A DNA stretch of 46,862 nt from a virus (taxonomy: Duplodnaviria; Heunggongvirae; Uroviricota; Caudoviricetes): positions 128,001 to 174,862 of IMG/VR virus record IMGVR_UViG_3300012007_000008, one strand, 5' to 3'. How positions within the stretch are numbered: the first letter of the stretch is position 1; the number at the start of each line of letters is the position of its first letter. Shown here piece after piece: positions 11,671-21,792 of this stretch. Made by a program: the position numbers and the translations under genes. The notes under the pieces are model-generated. The model was not told the DNA's origin. It saw only the letters and a list, made by a program, of their open reading frames with translations, and ran no database searches.

Positions 11671-12979
11671 CAGAATCACCTCCTTCTTCGGCGGCAAATT
11701 CTGAATACAGACTTTCAAGATCGATATACTTATATCCGGAGATTTCAATATCTTGATCCTTTATAAAATCCCTTAAATCAAGATTCTCGGACAATAATAT
11801 TCGGGATATCTATATATACTTATCCAAATCATACTGAAGCTTAGTAATCATCTATCTCTGCCCAGCAACTATATCCGACCACTAAGAATCATCTAAGCGA
11901 AGCTGTTGAAGAATAGAAGCATTACTCTAATCCATTACCTGTCGCATTGCCTTCGCGGTTTCAATGTCAAATCCGTTCATACGACCCTGTCTCAAATCAA
12001 GATCCTTAATTCGCTTAAGTTTTCCTGACCACGTATTCTACCCTTTCTTCGCGTTTTTATTATTCTTCAGCGAAATACAGGATTCCGCAGCCAGACTCGT
12101 AATCTGTGAAGTCAATTTTTGCTTCGAATCCTGAAGGCTTTTAATAGTGGCGGAATTCCGCTCTATATTCTTCGGATTAGACATCAGATGAGCTATAGTG
12201 TTGTCAATCTTCTGAACCTGAAGAAATCCTCTGACTATAGAAATACAGGAAGAGTTGCGCATCATGTCGTCGTTTTCATCTCCTCCGGCATCTATTAGGC
12301 CGATTAACTGAGAGTACAGAAACGGCTGGTCACTAACGGCCTCCATATCAAACGGGTCGTATCCAAGAAGCCGGGTGACATCTTTCTTGTTTTTTAAATA
12401 TTCATCAAGATTCTAAGTTCCGGCTTGTTTCTTCAATTTCTCGTTTTCCGGCAATTCATCATCATAGATGATTTTCTCTTTATAAAAATCGGAATCAAAA
12501 TACGTTTCTGTATTATATTGACCCATAGCAACATTCTTAATGTAAGCAGTCCATACGTTTGTTTTGATCTTACCAGTAATGAGATTTTCAGATTCCTGTA
12601 CAGAAGAATCCCATAACAAGTTATGAAAAGGCTTATTTAAATATCTAAGTGCAAGTTGGACAGATTCCTTAGTCGGTTCATGTTCGTCGCCATTTCGATC
12701 CACCCTAAGAGCAATCTTGCGAGCGCATTCCTTACAGATGGGGCAGATGCCGGACTATATCATCGGATCTGTGCTAACATAAAAATGGCTCCTGTCCTTA
12801 TGTGTATCACACATGTAACAGTAGCCATATGACTAAAATTTCTATACTTTATTTCTTAATTTCTAATACTATACTCGTAGCTATGCAGTCGTCATCTTTT
12901 TAGACACCACTTCATCATTAGCCTTTGCTTTTACTTTAGCAGTAGTGGTGCGTGATTTTAATGGTTTTACTTTATCCAC
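11657..12979 (-). CDS. Zn-finger protein upstream of terL, candidate terminase small subunit (440 aa), 12 TAG
   Basis: GTG after AGGAGGTG; CYMC...CPICKEC; ORFs 12038-12346 and 12413-12703 are in the same frame; ends in TGA overlapping the terL start. Confidence 0.65.
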
Positions 12980-13019
12980 TGAAGTGGCACCTCCTTTTAA
13001 TCCTTATTTCTTTTATTAA

Positions 13020-13091
13020 CGGGGGCTATAGGATTCGAACCTATACATATGGGGACCAAAGCCCCATGCCTTACCTTTTGGCGAAGCCCCT
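13020..13091 (-). tRNA. trnQ: tRNA-Gln(UUG)
   Basis: Cloverleaf; anticodon arm TGGGG-CTTTGGT-CCCCA; T arm ATAGG-TTCGAAT-CCTAT; G2-C71, G3-C70, G73 and unpaired 1-72. Confidence 0.9.
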
Positions 13092-13110
13092 ATTAGCTAA
13101 TTAAACAACA

Positions 13111-13183
13111 TCACCCCACTCGGATTCGAACCGAGGATTCCTGATTTAGAGTCAGGCGACTTAGACCGCTTGTCGATGGGGCG
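13111..13183 (-). tRNA. Amber suppressor tRNA (anticodon CUA) with a tRNA-Glu-like body
   Basis: CGCCCCATCGACAAGCGGTCTAAGTCGCCTGA-CTCTAAA-TCAGGAATCCTCGGTTCGAATCCGAGTGGGGTGA folds as a complete cloverleaf; anticodon at 13147-13149. Confidence 0.93.
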
Positions 13184-13461
13184 AGATCCGAGTCGTTGTA
13201 GACTCAGTAACTAGGTGGCTCACCCCACCTCGGACTATTACGGCCATACAATGTACCGTACTGTTAGAGATATTTGAAACGAGTAGTCGCTCGTTTATTT
13301 GTAGACTTTCTTCGTAAATGACGAGGAGTGCCCAACTCACCTTTGTAAACACCGAAAAACATACCGCTTATTAGATAAACGACATAATAATTCGACGTCT
13401 ATAATGAGTGAAAACAAAATCGAATTGCTTCTCAGATAACCCATCTCACCCTTGTAATATA

Positions 13462-13487
13462 TACTTCTGAAAACGGGAGAGTAGTAA
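13462..13487 (-). promoter_or_regulatory. Bipartite motif TTACT-N9-TTTTCAGAAGTA, copy 1 (candidate phage promoter)
   Basis: Exact motif and spacing recur at 23332 and 25935; intergenic, upstream of the suppressor tRNA. Confidence 0.65.
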
Positions 13488-13625
13488 CCCCATATTTTTT
13501 CAGATAATGCCGATTAACCAGACCACAGATCTAATCAATCGACATTTATAAATAGAAATGGCGGCCGAATGATTATCCTCCCGGTCATTCTGCGCCGCCA
13601 AATCTACATTCTCAATATTATGAAA

Positions 13626-13901
13626 TTAAGGATTGATAAAATCCTTCACTTCGTCTGAAAACTTTATCATTGGGATCATCTTTTTACCAACCTAGATTTT
13701 TTCACCGGTTACAGGATGAATAATTGTTCTTGGATTTTGAGTATGAGCCCAAAATGTGCCAAGCCCGGCCATTTTAACTTCTCCGTCTCGACGCATTCCT
13801 ACCTTGATCCCTTCAATGATTGCGTCGATATAGAGGCGAGCCTGTTTCTTTGATCCCCCAAGCTGATTAACAATCTAAGTAGCCAGATCTTTCTTAGTCA
13901 T
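13626..13901 (-). CDS. hup: HU family DNA-binding protein (91 aa), 2 TAG
   Basis: MTKKDLAT*IVNQLGGSKKQA...GEVKMAGLGTF...IIHPVTGEKI*VGKKMIPMIKFS matches the HU/IHF pattern; missing from the standard-code ORF track. Confidence 0.85.
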
Positions 13902-14469
13902 CGCATCCCTCACATAAGAATCTTTCTAAAAGTTCTATCACGAACTCTGTGTCTTCAGAGGAACACTCAACGGTTACTTCTGATCCGTCTGCGGATTGAC
14001 GATGAAAACAAAGGCTATGGCGAGATGGAATATTAAGTGTATCCTCCTCGTTAACATCCTCACACTCATCCTTATATTCACAGGACGTACAATCTTCATT
14101 GTCAAACTCAACAATATATGTGATTTCCTGGTCCAGCTTTTTAATTGCTTCAAAGTGAATGTCGTTTCTAATCATAACAACAGTATCATTATCAGCATGC
14201 AAGTCGAGGTATGCGTTATTGTTATAAAATTTCTCTACGTAAACTTCGCCGTCCGCCACAGTGACCAAATACTCTCTATCATAATTGTCATAAACAGCGT
14301 TATGGAGTTCACATTCCGTCAATATACAATCAGTGTTTTTGATCATGCAGTTTACAAACTCAGTTGTCTACAGATAGTCCCCTATAACATAAACCTGTTC
14401 AACTGAGTGACTTAATTCCTCAACCTAGAAGGTGAAATTGTCCATATTTCTAAAAAATAATTTATCCAT
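13894..14469 (-). CDS. Acidic hypothetical protein (191 aa), 2 TAG
   Basis: ORF 13894-14346 extends through TAG 14368 and 14425 to ATG 14469 with an RBS. Confidence 0.65.
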
Positions 14470-14512
14470 TTTTCAATCCTCTTATTTAAGCGAGATAAAT
14501 CGCGATTTTTTC

Positions 14513-14541
14513 TTTAAAAATATTCTGTCATTCCCTATAAT
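14513..14541 (+). promoter_or_regulatory. Sigma-A-like promoter
   Basis: TTTAAA-17 nt-TATAAT upstream of a small plus-strand gene. Confidence 0.5.
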
Positions 14542-14614
14542 AAAAGACGTCACGGGTATGCTATGTAACCGCGACGTCTCATAGTCATAGCGCACCTGAG
14601 AAAGGAGGTATCCA

Positions 14615-14758
14615 ATGAGCACCCTACTAATCATTGGACTCGCAGCCCTTCTCTCTGTCCCTACGGCGAAAGTGATCGTCTCTAAGATGATCATGGCCGA
14701 AAAGTAGGTTCCAGCAGAGAAAAGGATTGCGGCTGTCCTCAAACTCTGGGGACGGTAA
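14615..14758 (+). CDS. Small hydrophobic peptide (30 aa if TAG=stop, 47 aa if read through), type I toxin-like
   Basis: AAAGGAGG RBS; MSTLLIIGLAALLSVPTAKVIVSKMIMAEK*VPAEKRIAAVLKLWGR; antisense to surrounding genes; hairpin at ~14774-14806. Confidence 0.55.
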
Positions 14759-14806
14759 TCCCTGTATCAGCATAGCTCCGTATGATAGGCTTGGCGTACG
14801 GAGCTA

Positions 14807-15982
14807 TCACAATTCAACCGGATAATAAGCCTCTACGCCGTCTTCATCGCAGACGCATACCATCTGTGACGGCCTTCCGGTCAATCTCTTTTCTATAGTG
14901 AACGAATCCCCTGAACCACAGAGAGATCCGCCCCGGATCATCTTTACACCGTTACTCTCTGAGACTGAGCACGTATGAAGATGTCCGTATAACACTGCGT
15001 ACGGCACATGCCCAATCGCCATGCAAAGCTTCGACAATCCGGCGGGAGAGTAGTTATCATAGTCTCCATGGACTCCAATATATTCGTTTCCTCTGATGTA
15101 AATCTGAGAGATCCCAGTGTCATAATAGTTCGTCCTGTAGGCGAAATTATTCACGTTATTGAGCCGCAAAGAAACTGTCCACGCGATCAGGTCGTCTAAG
15201 CGCTCATTATGAATTGCATCTTCCTTACGATCTATTCTGGTATGATTACCGGAAACCGAGTGAAAATTTACGCACTCAAAATTTCGACAAAGCACATAAC
15301 AGAAATTTGTAATCAGATCAGACGCAATTTTAATCTGATCTATTACATTCTCTCTGTTACTGACCTGAATTGACTTGTGAATACTGCCGCTGATGATATC
15401 ACCCTGAAGAGACACATAGCAATTCTGACACTCATGTCTTCTGGCGATTTCAAGCACATGGCCTAAAAGCTTCGAAAGACGCTCTTTTGCCACATCTGAA
15501 TCATAATATCCGAAGTTGTTGTCAAACTTAGCTCCGATGTGAAAGTCGGAGAGTATAATCAGAATGTCTCTTTCTCCTGACCTGTTTAAAGGTTCAACGT
15601 TCGGGAATTCAAATCGACTGCTTTCCAACATCCTATCCGCCAGATAATCAAGCTTCTGATCAACTCTGGCGGAAAGATAGTTTTGTTTATTCCAGGCGTT
15701 ACGTTCATCTCGGAACTTAATTTTTTCCGCCTCAAACTCGCGGATCTTCTCATCAAGTTCGGCCATCTGTTTCTCTGTGTCACCTAACGCAGAACGATTG
15801 GCTTTATAAAACTTCGTAAAGTTATTGTATTCTTTCCGGTACTTGCTTTCTCCGTAGTTTTTCCCGGTTAACTCATTCAGAACCTAAGCGACATCATTCC
15901 AGGAGCCGATTAACTCCTTGTCTTTACAAATTCGAAAGATCAGTTCTTCGTCAGATTCTCCATTAAGTCGTTGATACTGCAT
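14807..15982 (-). CDS. Calcineurin-like metallophosphoesterase, SPbeta YonJ-like (391 aa), one TAG at codon 33
   Basis: SDFHIG, QGDII, SGNHTR, VHGD and GHLH motifs; ATG 15982 in frame via TAG 15884. Confidence 0.8.
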
Positions 15983-15985
15983 GAA

Positions 15986-16183
15986 TTAATCCTCTATATC
16001 ATGTTCCTCAATGCTCTTCAATGTTACGCTGAAGGTAATAGGAACTCCGTTGAACTTCTTCATGGCTTCAAGAATATCAAGCTCTCCGTCGTCTGTAATA
16101 ATTTCTCCTCGCTCGGCGTCGTAATCTCCGACGACCTTAAGTGTGGTGTTAGTTACAGTCTTAAAATCGATTGCTTTAGCCAT
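15986..16183 (-). CDS. YonK-like small protein (65 aa)
   Basis: MAKAIDFK...KKFNGVPITFSV after an AAGGAG RBS; directly upstream of the YonJ-like gene, as in SPbeta. Confidence 0.5.
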   Translation of the reverse strand: MAKAIDFKTVTNTTLKVVGDYDAERGEIITDDGELDILEAMKKFNGVPITFSVTLKSIEEHDIED

Positions 16184-16196
16184 ATCCTTTAACTCC

Positions 16197-16862
16197 TTAT
16201 TTTTTATTAAAAATCTCATCGAGAGATTTTATCTTCTTTGAACAAAGACCTTTTTCAACTGCTTCATCGGCCGAGATATACCATTCATTAGTAAAGTTCT
16301 CATTGAATTCTTCCTCGGATATATTAGTCCGAGACAGAACAAACTCGCCGAGGCGGTTAATCTGTTCCTGATAATTCAAGATTGCAGAAACGACGGCGTC
16401 ATACGATCCGCCAAAACTTCCACTTCCGCGATGCAAAAGGAACTCCCCATTTGGGAATGTATATCTCTTATGACAAGCGAGAAAAATAAAACATGCTGCC
16501 GAATACGCAATCCCGCAGTTAACTCCGATTACAGGAGTCTTGCTAAGTGTAATAGTGTCCACAAGAGAGTTATTAATATCCAAATCTCCGCCTGGAGAGT
16601 GGAAGAGGATAGTGATCGGCACCCTTTCCTTAACTGGCTTTCCCAAATCCTCTCGATTCCAATTCATAATGAATTTTTCGAGTTCAAGAGTGATGTCATC
16701 AACCTCCGAATCGATCCAAATAGTCCTATTATCAAGATTCTGGTAGTAGCTTAGCAGCGCCGGATCAGGTAACGACAAGTTCTCTGCATTACTCGCAGAA
16801 GAACTTGTTGTATAGAAAGAAATCTAATCAGCTCGTTTCTTAATGTCTTTAGTGTTAATCAT
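16197..16862 (-). CDS. clpP: ClpP-family protease (221 aa), one TAG at codon 13
   Basis: HSPGGD, AYSAA (catalytic Ser), LLH (catalytic His) and WYISADEAVEKGL motifs; ATG 16862 in frame via TAG 16824. Confidence 0.85.
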
Positions 16863-16877
16863 ATATATACCCCGCCA

Positions 16878-17303
16878 TTATACAGCCTTATCAACAGGCA
16901 CCTTCAGCACCTTTTCATCTCCACGCCTAGTTTCCTTCATAATCTCAGAGATGGCGGAATCAAGAGCATCCGTCTTATTAAAATAAAAGACCGTGCGATC
17001 ACTATTATTCTTATCAGGGTTGATGTCTGTCGGCCTAAACCCTCGTCTGATCAACTGGCGGGCAACAAGAGTGGAACTTACGACCTTCCTCTGAGTATCA
17101 ACTTCGTCATCAGTCTTCTTTGTTGCTTCGTCAAGATCCCTCGACAGCTTATCATTCTTCTAAAAAACAAAGACCGTCTTATTCCTATTCCCCTTATTCG
17201 GCTCGATATCAATGACATCATTTCCCATTCCAATCAATCTCTTGGCAACACGCTGCGAAAAAATTAACTTTCCAATTACTTCTTTGTTATTCTGATTATC
17301 CAT
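16878..17303 (-). CDS. Small protein with two tandem DUF5659-like repeats (141 aa), one TAG (17160)
   Basis: Repeat 1 IFSQRVAKRLIGMGNDVIDIEPNKGNRNKTVFVF*KNDKL; repeat 2 VSSTLVARQLIRRGFRPTDINPDKNNSDRTVFYFNKTDAL; AAGGAG RBS. Confidence 0.65.
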
Positions 17304-17376
17304 AATTCTTCTCCTTTAATCCTTTTTTTTTGATATTAATAAAGGTGATGCATAGCACCACCAAGTTAACATTATA

Positions 17377-17547
17377 TTAAATTGATTGTGTCATGTTGTT
17401 TCTATACTGTTCAAGCTTCTCTAGCAATCTTGGGTTCTCCGTCATATAGTAATGTTTATTCTTACTATAAGTATGAAAGAGAGTGGAATGCCAACGTGCG
17501 CCGTTCTTTTCAAGCCATCTGGCTTCTTCTTTCGTGATCTTTATCAT
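17377..17547 (-). CDS. Small hypothetical protein (56 aa)
   Basis: MIKITKEEARWLEKNG...; RBS present; co-oriented; below the ORF-track size cutoff. Confidence 0.5.
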   Translation of the reverse strand: MIKITKEEARWLEKNGARWHSTLFHTYSKNKHYYMTENPRLLEKLEQYRNNMTQSI

Positions 17548-17666
17548 AAATTATAATCATCCTTTTAAAATAGTAAGGAGCATTCCGATTAAAACACTCC
17601 CCCATATTACAAACGATATTTTTTTATTCAAAATATACGGACAACTCCGCATAAAATATGTGATAT

Positions 17667-20429
17667 TCAGGTTCGATGCTGTGAGTTTCCCTTTACGAAA
17701 TTTGACAAAAACAGATCTTTATCCATCCTATATAGGCAGTTTAATATCTGCCTTGAGTATTTTACGTTATTTCTCTGGTACACTTTATTCACTTTATTTG
17801 TGCTTCCGTCTAAATCCAATGCAGTTTCTATCAAACGATTGATAGTAACCGGATTCTTGATTCTGATTTCTCGTAACTACTTCGTAACTTTCCCCATAGT
17901 TCTAACAATCTCAGCAACCATCTCTTCGGGGCTGTCTACTCCTCCCATTAGCTGGCGGCGAAGAGTGTCACTATAAATTCTAATAATCCGAAGAATCTTC
18001 TATGACATATGCCTATTTGTATGCCCCTTCATTTTTATAAAAAACTATTCTGTCGGAATCCCTGGCTATCTTGTCATGCCCTGAATCTTATTTAGATGAT
18101 CCTGTAACCAGTTCATCGGACAGACGAATTCATTACTAATTCTATTCTTGAGCTTATTCTTGCCTTCTTTGACGATTTCATACGGAAGTTCTTCACCGTT
18201 TTTTGTATGAGGAACGTCGCGGGTGTACTTCATAAATAACGGAAAGTCTTTTTTTTGAGTGTGGACTTTACCAGAATTGTCTCTATACTGAATTTCTTTG
18301 ACCATGCATGGTTCACGGAGAATTCGTTTGATTTCTTCAAGACCGTCTTCTATTTCGTAGACTCTTTTACATCCATCTATGATTATTTGAGCAAGTACAC
18401 TTAGAATAATAAAATACTAATAATAACTTTGCATATCCTGTTTATTAGGATCTTGTTTTGCTAATTCTGTCCAAAAATAACTCATACAAAGTTGAGCGGC
18501 GTTAGAACTCCAGCCGATTCCCAACTGGGAATGAGCCATCATGTTGTCCATTCGCGCATAATCAGCCATGGTATTGTTGTATACCAAACCTGATTCTTTG
18601 AGGCTATTTACTATAGTAGGATATTTCTCATAGCAAATCTTCGCAGCTTTCACCAAAGTGGGATGATTGGACACAAAATTGAAGTCCGAATCAAAATCTT
18701 CGCCATTCATCCTAGACTGAATGTCTGTTTCTATGCAGTTTACCGCCATAATATTGGAGCTAAATTCGAAATACTTTTCCATTAGTTCATGTTTTATATT
18801 AAGGAAATACCCTAAGTTGTTGGGAGAGTTATGAGGGTTGCGTATCCCTAAAAGATACTCGCCATCCTAAAATCTTGGTGTATAACACTCGATTACACCT
18901 GATCTCGGCCTCAATGTTGGATCTTTTTGCCAATCTTCGCCAACAGAATAGAGTAGTAGAGCATAAGGATTTCCGCAAACCGTCAGATTATCCCCCTCAA
19001 CAAAGATTTTTCCGTTTCTCAATCTGAACACATATTGGTTGATAATTCCTCGTTTTTCCCGCCTAAACCATCTAGAATTAGCAATTTCAGGGTTATGCCT
19101 ATACAGATCCGCCATCATTTCGTAATGATTGATCTCGTTGGCGTTTTCTCGTAGGAATTCTTCAAACTTATCAGGATTTCTCTTTAATTCCTCGACATAT
19201 TCAATACTTGTCCTTGCTACCTCACCGATTTCATCTTTGTTTAACGGAAGAGTATTAACCATCTGGTATGACATCTGTTGGTATCTACCGAGTTTTGACG
19301 TGTGATCAGTCTTGACAATGCCCCATTTACATCCGTCGGCGCGAATTTTCTCGCACCAATAGTCGTAAGCAGCGGTGAGAGTACCGCCCATCTGAGACAA
19401 GAACTTTTTCCACTTGATGGAATTATCCGTAGTGATCATCTGGATATCTTTTAACCGATGCGAATACCCGAACATATCCTGAACTTCGTAAGTTTCGTAG
19501 TCGTTTCCCGTCTTTTCACACCAATCCCGGAAGAATTTCTGGATACGTGTCCTGAATGCGCAAGCCTTGAACATATGATTCCTCAGTAAGCACATCCCGT
19601 TGACCCAAAGCGGGAGAGAATCAGTGTCGATCAGCGCCATTCCATCCCATAAAGTGTTCTTTACCTACGTTTCCTCGTGCTAAACGACACATTTTTTCGC
19701 TGTTTCACCATTCGGTTTGACATAATCCTCGGCTTTTACGACTTCGGCGACCGTTTTGAAAAAAGAATCCTGGTCTTTTAGGATCAAGATGTTCTCTACC
19801 GGAATGCTGAGCAATCCGACTATTGTGGACGTCGTGAGAGGGGCATAAGCGCTCATTTCAACGATTTTCGCGCCTTTTTCGGGCAATTTTATGCCCATCG
19901 TGAGCCAATTATGCGCCGTTTCGTATAATTCCTCCCGGATAAACATCACTTCGCCGACTTTCGCCTTTGCCGGAGTCCTAAAAAGCATGACATAGTGGAT
20001 TTTGTCAGCATATTCGATGTTGCCTTCTGAATCTCGGTATTCATACACGACATCAACGCCTTCTTCGTAAAACTTCGTCCGAATCTATTCACGGGTTAAA
20101 GCGACATATTTTTCCTTGTTCTCATCAACTTTGTCCAGAATTCGCTGAATACTGGCGCGTTCTTCATCAGATTTTGCTTTCTCAAAAAGTTTTTCTACAC
20201 GTTTTCTCTACTCTTTATAGGATTTTGATCCGAAGTCAAATCGGAGGCAAATTACATCTCTTGTAGATTCTTCGTTGTAAACCTAAAGCCCATGTTCTCT
20301 CATGTAGTAGTAGAAGAGGGAATTGTTTAACATCGCATCCGTATAACTCACGTAATCCCTAATTCCGATATTATGCTAATAGAGCATTCCGGCAGAATAA
20401 TTCTTTATTCGGACACCGTATTCACTAAT
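17667..20429 (-). CDS. YonO-like single-subunit RNA polymerase of the RdRP-like two-barrel family (~920 aa), 12 TAG
   Basis: ORFs 18066-18305, 18417-18782, 18867-19640 and 19680-20048 share one frame joined only by TAG; NTLWDG, RNPHN and catalytic RMNGEDFDSD motifs; upstream of HU/YonK/YonJ/terminase as in SPbeta; likely ATT start after GGAGG. Confidence 0.8.
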
Positions 20430-20446
20430 AACAAACCGCCTCCTTC

Positions 20447-20710
20447 TTAGTAATAATAGGCCACAAATCTTGTACAGCCTTCGTATTCATCGACTAATTC
20501 CTTGTATTTCGGAGATCCGGGATTCAAGCAGTAGTATACCGATCCGGACTCTTGGCAAAAGATACACGAATTGCAGAATCTTTTTCTCAAAGGAACCTTA
20601 GTTTTCTTTTTATGTTTATAGGATTTGATAGAATTTTTAAAATCATCTATTTTATCAGAGTTGAAAACACTATCTCTAAAATCGTGTGGTTTTATTGTAA
20701 AACCATCCAC
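20447..20710 (-). CDS. Small Cys-rich hypothetical protein (87 aa)
   Basis: GTG after a G-rich RBS; CNSCIFC...C...C pattern. Confidence 0.5.
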   Translation of the reverse strand: MDGFTIKPHDFRDSVFNSDKIDDFKNSIKSYKHKKKTKVPLRKRFCNSCIFCQESGSVYYCLNPGSPKYKELVDEYEGCTRFVAYYY

Positions 20711-20735
20711 AATTATTCCCCCTTTTATGAATACT

Positions 20736-21120
20736 AATCTCGGCTGCTCCTCAAAAGACTGAAATTTAGACAACCTTTCCAATTTGAGAATTATGCTCTT
20801 AGAATACTAACAGCACAGATCTCCATAATAATTGTTATAAATAATATGCAGCTACTCCGAGCTGCGCTAATATCGAAACGTATTAAGATTGCTGAGTACC
20901 GATTTTTATGAGTGTTGAAAGATAGAGGTTTTGATTTACGTATAACAGGCCAAATGTCGTATATTCTCATCAAAATTTTACCTTGTTATCCTTACCCAAT
21001 ATTTGATGTTCCTAAACATACACACTGTTATTGCCACAGCTGGCGGCGTCTCCATACTTCGTACGCCCGAAGCGGTCAGCTATTGTCTACGTTTCAGTCC
21101 TTTGCGGAACAGCCGAGATT
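20736..21120 (-). ncRNA. Candidate ~385-nt structured RNA closed by a long terminal stem
   Basis: 29-nt inverted repeat (20736-20764 / 21092-21120) with 3 differences, two of them G-U pairs on the minus strand; no convincing ORF inside. Confidence 0.5.
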
Positions 21121-21129
21121 GTTCACTAA

Positions 21130-21750
21130 TTATGCGGTAAGAATGTCCTCAAGTGAGTCCTCTTCAGACCAGCGCGGATCGAAATTTACCTGAATGTTGA
21201 GATTGTATTTTTCGATCTCTTTTGAGGTTTCCTTCATCTCGCGCTTAAACCTATTCGCGATTCCTTTAATCTTATTCCGGTCAAAGTTAATTTTCTTTAC
21301 CGTAGTTATCTTATATACATAAGGCGTCTGCTTTCCGTCGATCTCATTCATCATGTAAGCAGTTCCGGAGCCTTCTGACTCCTGAGTCCTCATTCCGGCA
21401 ATACGATCGAGAAACGAAGCAAACACTCTCTTGTCTTTATTTGCCATACACGCGGCATCGATCTGCATGTCTGCCTGAGCCTTTGCCCGGGCAATAGCCT
21501 TTGCGAGGTTTTCTCTTTCTTCAATAACGGCGAGACCAAAATCGACAATCTGATCAGGCGTGATCTTAAGATCGGCAAGCGGATTCTTAGCAGTCTCAAT
21601 TTCATCAGACGCGGCCTTATTCGCATCTGATTTGTGGTGCGTTTTAACCGTGGTGGTGACGAAAGCATCTTCCGCTAAGTGCAATTGAATTTCGTCAAGC
21701 AAATCATGTAAAAAATTCTGATAGCGACAAGCATCATTAAAATCCATCAT
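21130..21750 (-). CDS. Helical hypothetical protein (206 aa)
   Basis: AAGGAG RBS; uninterrupted ORF without TAG. Confidence 0.75.
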   Translation of the reverse strand: MMDFNDACRYQNFLHDLLDEIQLHLAEDAFVTTTVKTHHKSDANKAASDEIETAKNPLADLKITPDQIVDFGLAVIEERENLAKAIARAKAQADMQIDAACMANKDKRVFASFLDRIAGMRTQESEGSGTAYMMNEIDGKQTPYVYKITTVKKINFDRNKIKGIANRFKREMKETSKEIEKYNLNIQVNFDPRWSEEDSLEDILTA

Positions 21751-21792
21751 AATTACACTCCTTTATATTGAACTGTAGTTTGTTAGTTGTTA

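Noticed and set aside
13111-13183. Pyrrolysine tRNA (also anticodon CUA)
   Set aside because: Normal D-loop with GG, canonical TTCGAAT T-loop and 5-bp anticodon stem; no pyl genes in the window; TAG too frequent and at Glu-like sites
20736-21120. Retron msr-msd or MITE
   Set aside because: No reverse transcriptase or transposase in the window and no evident target-site duplication; kept only as an ncRNA candidate
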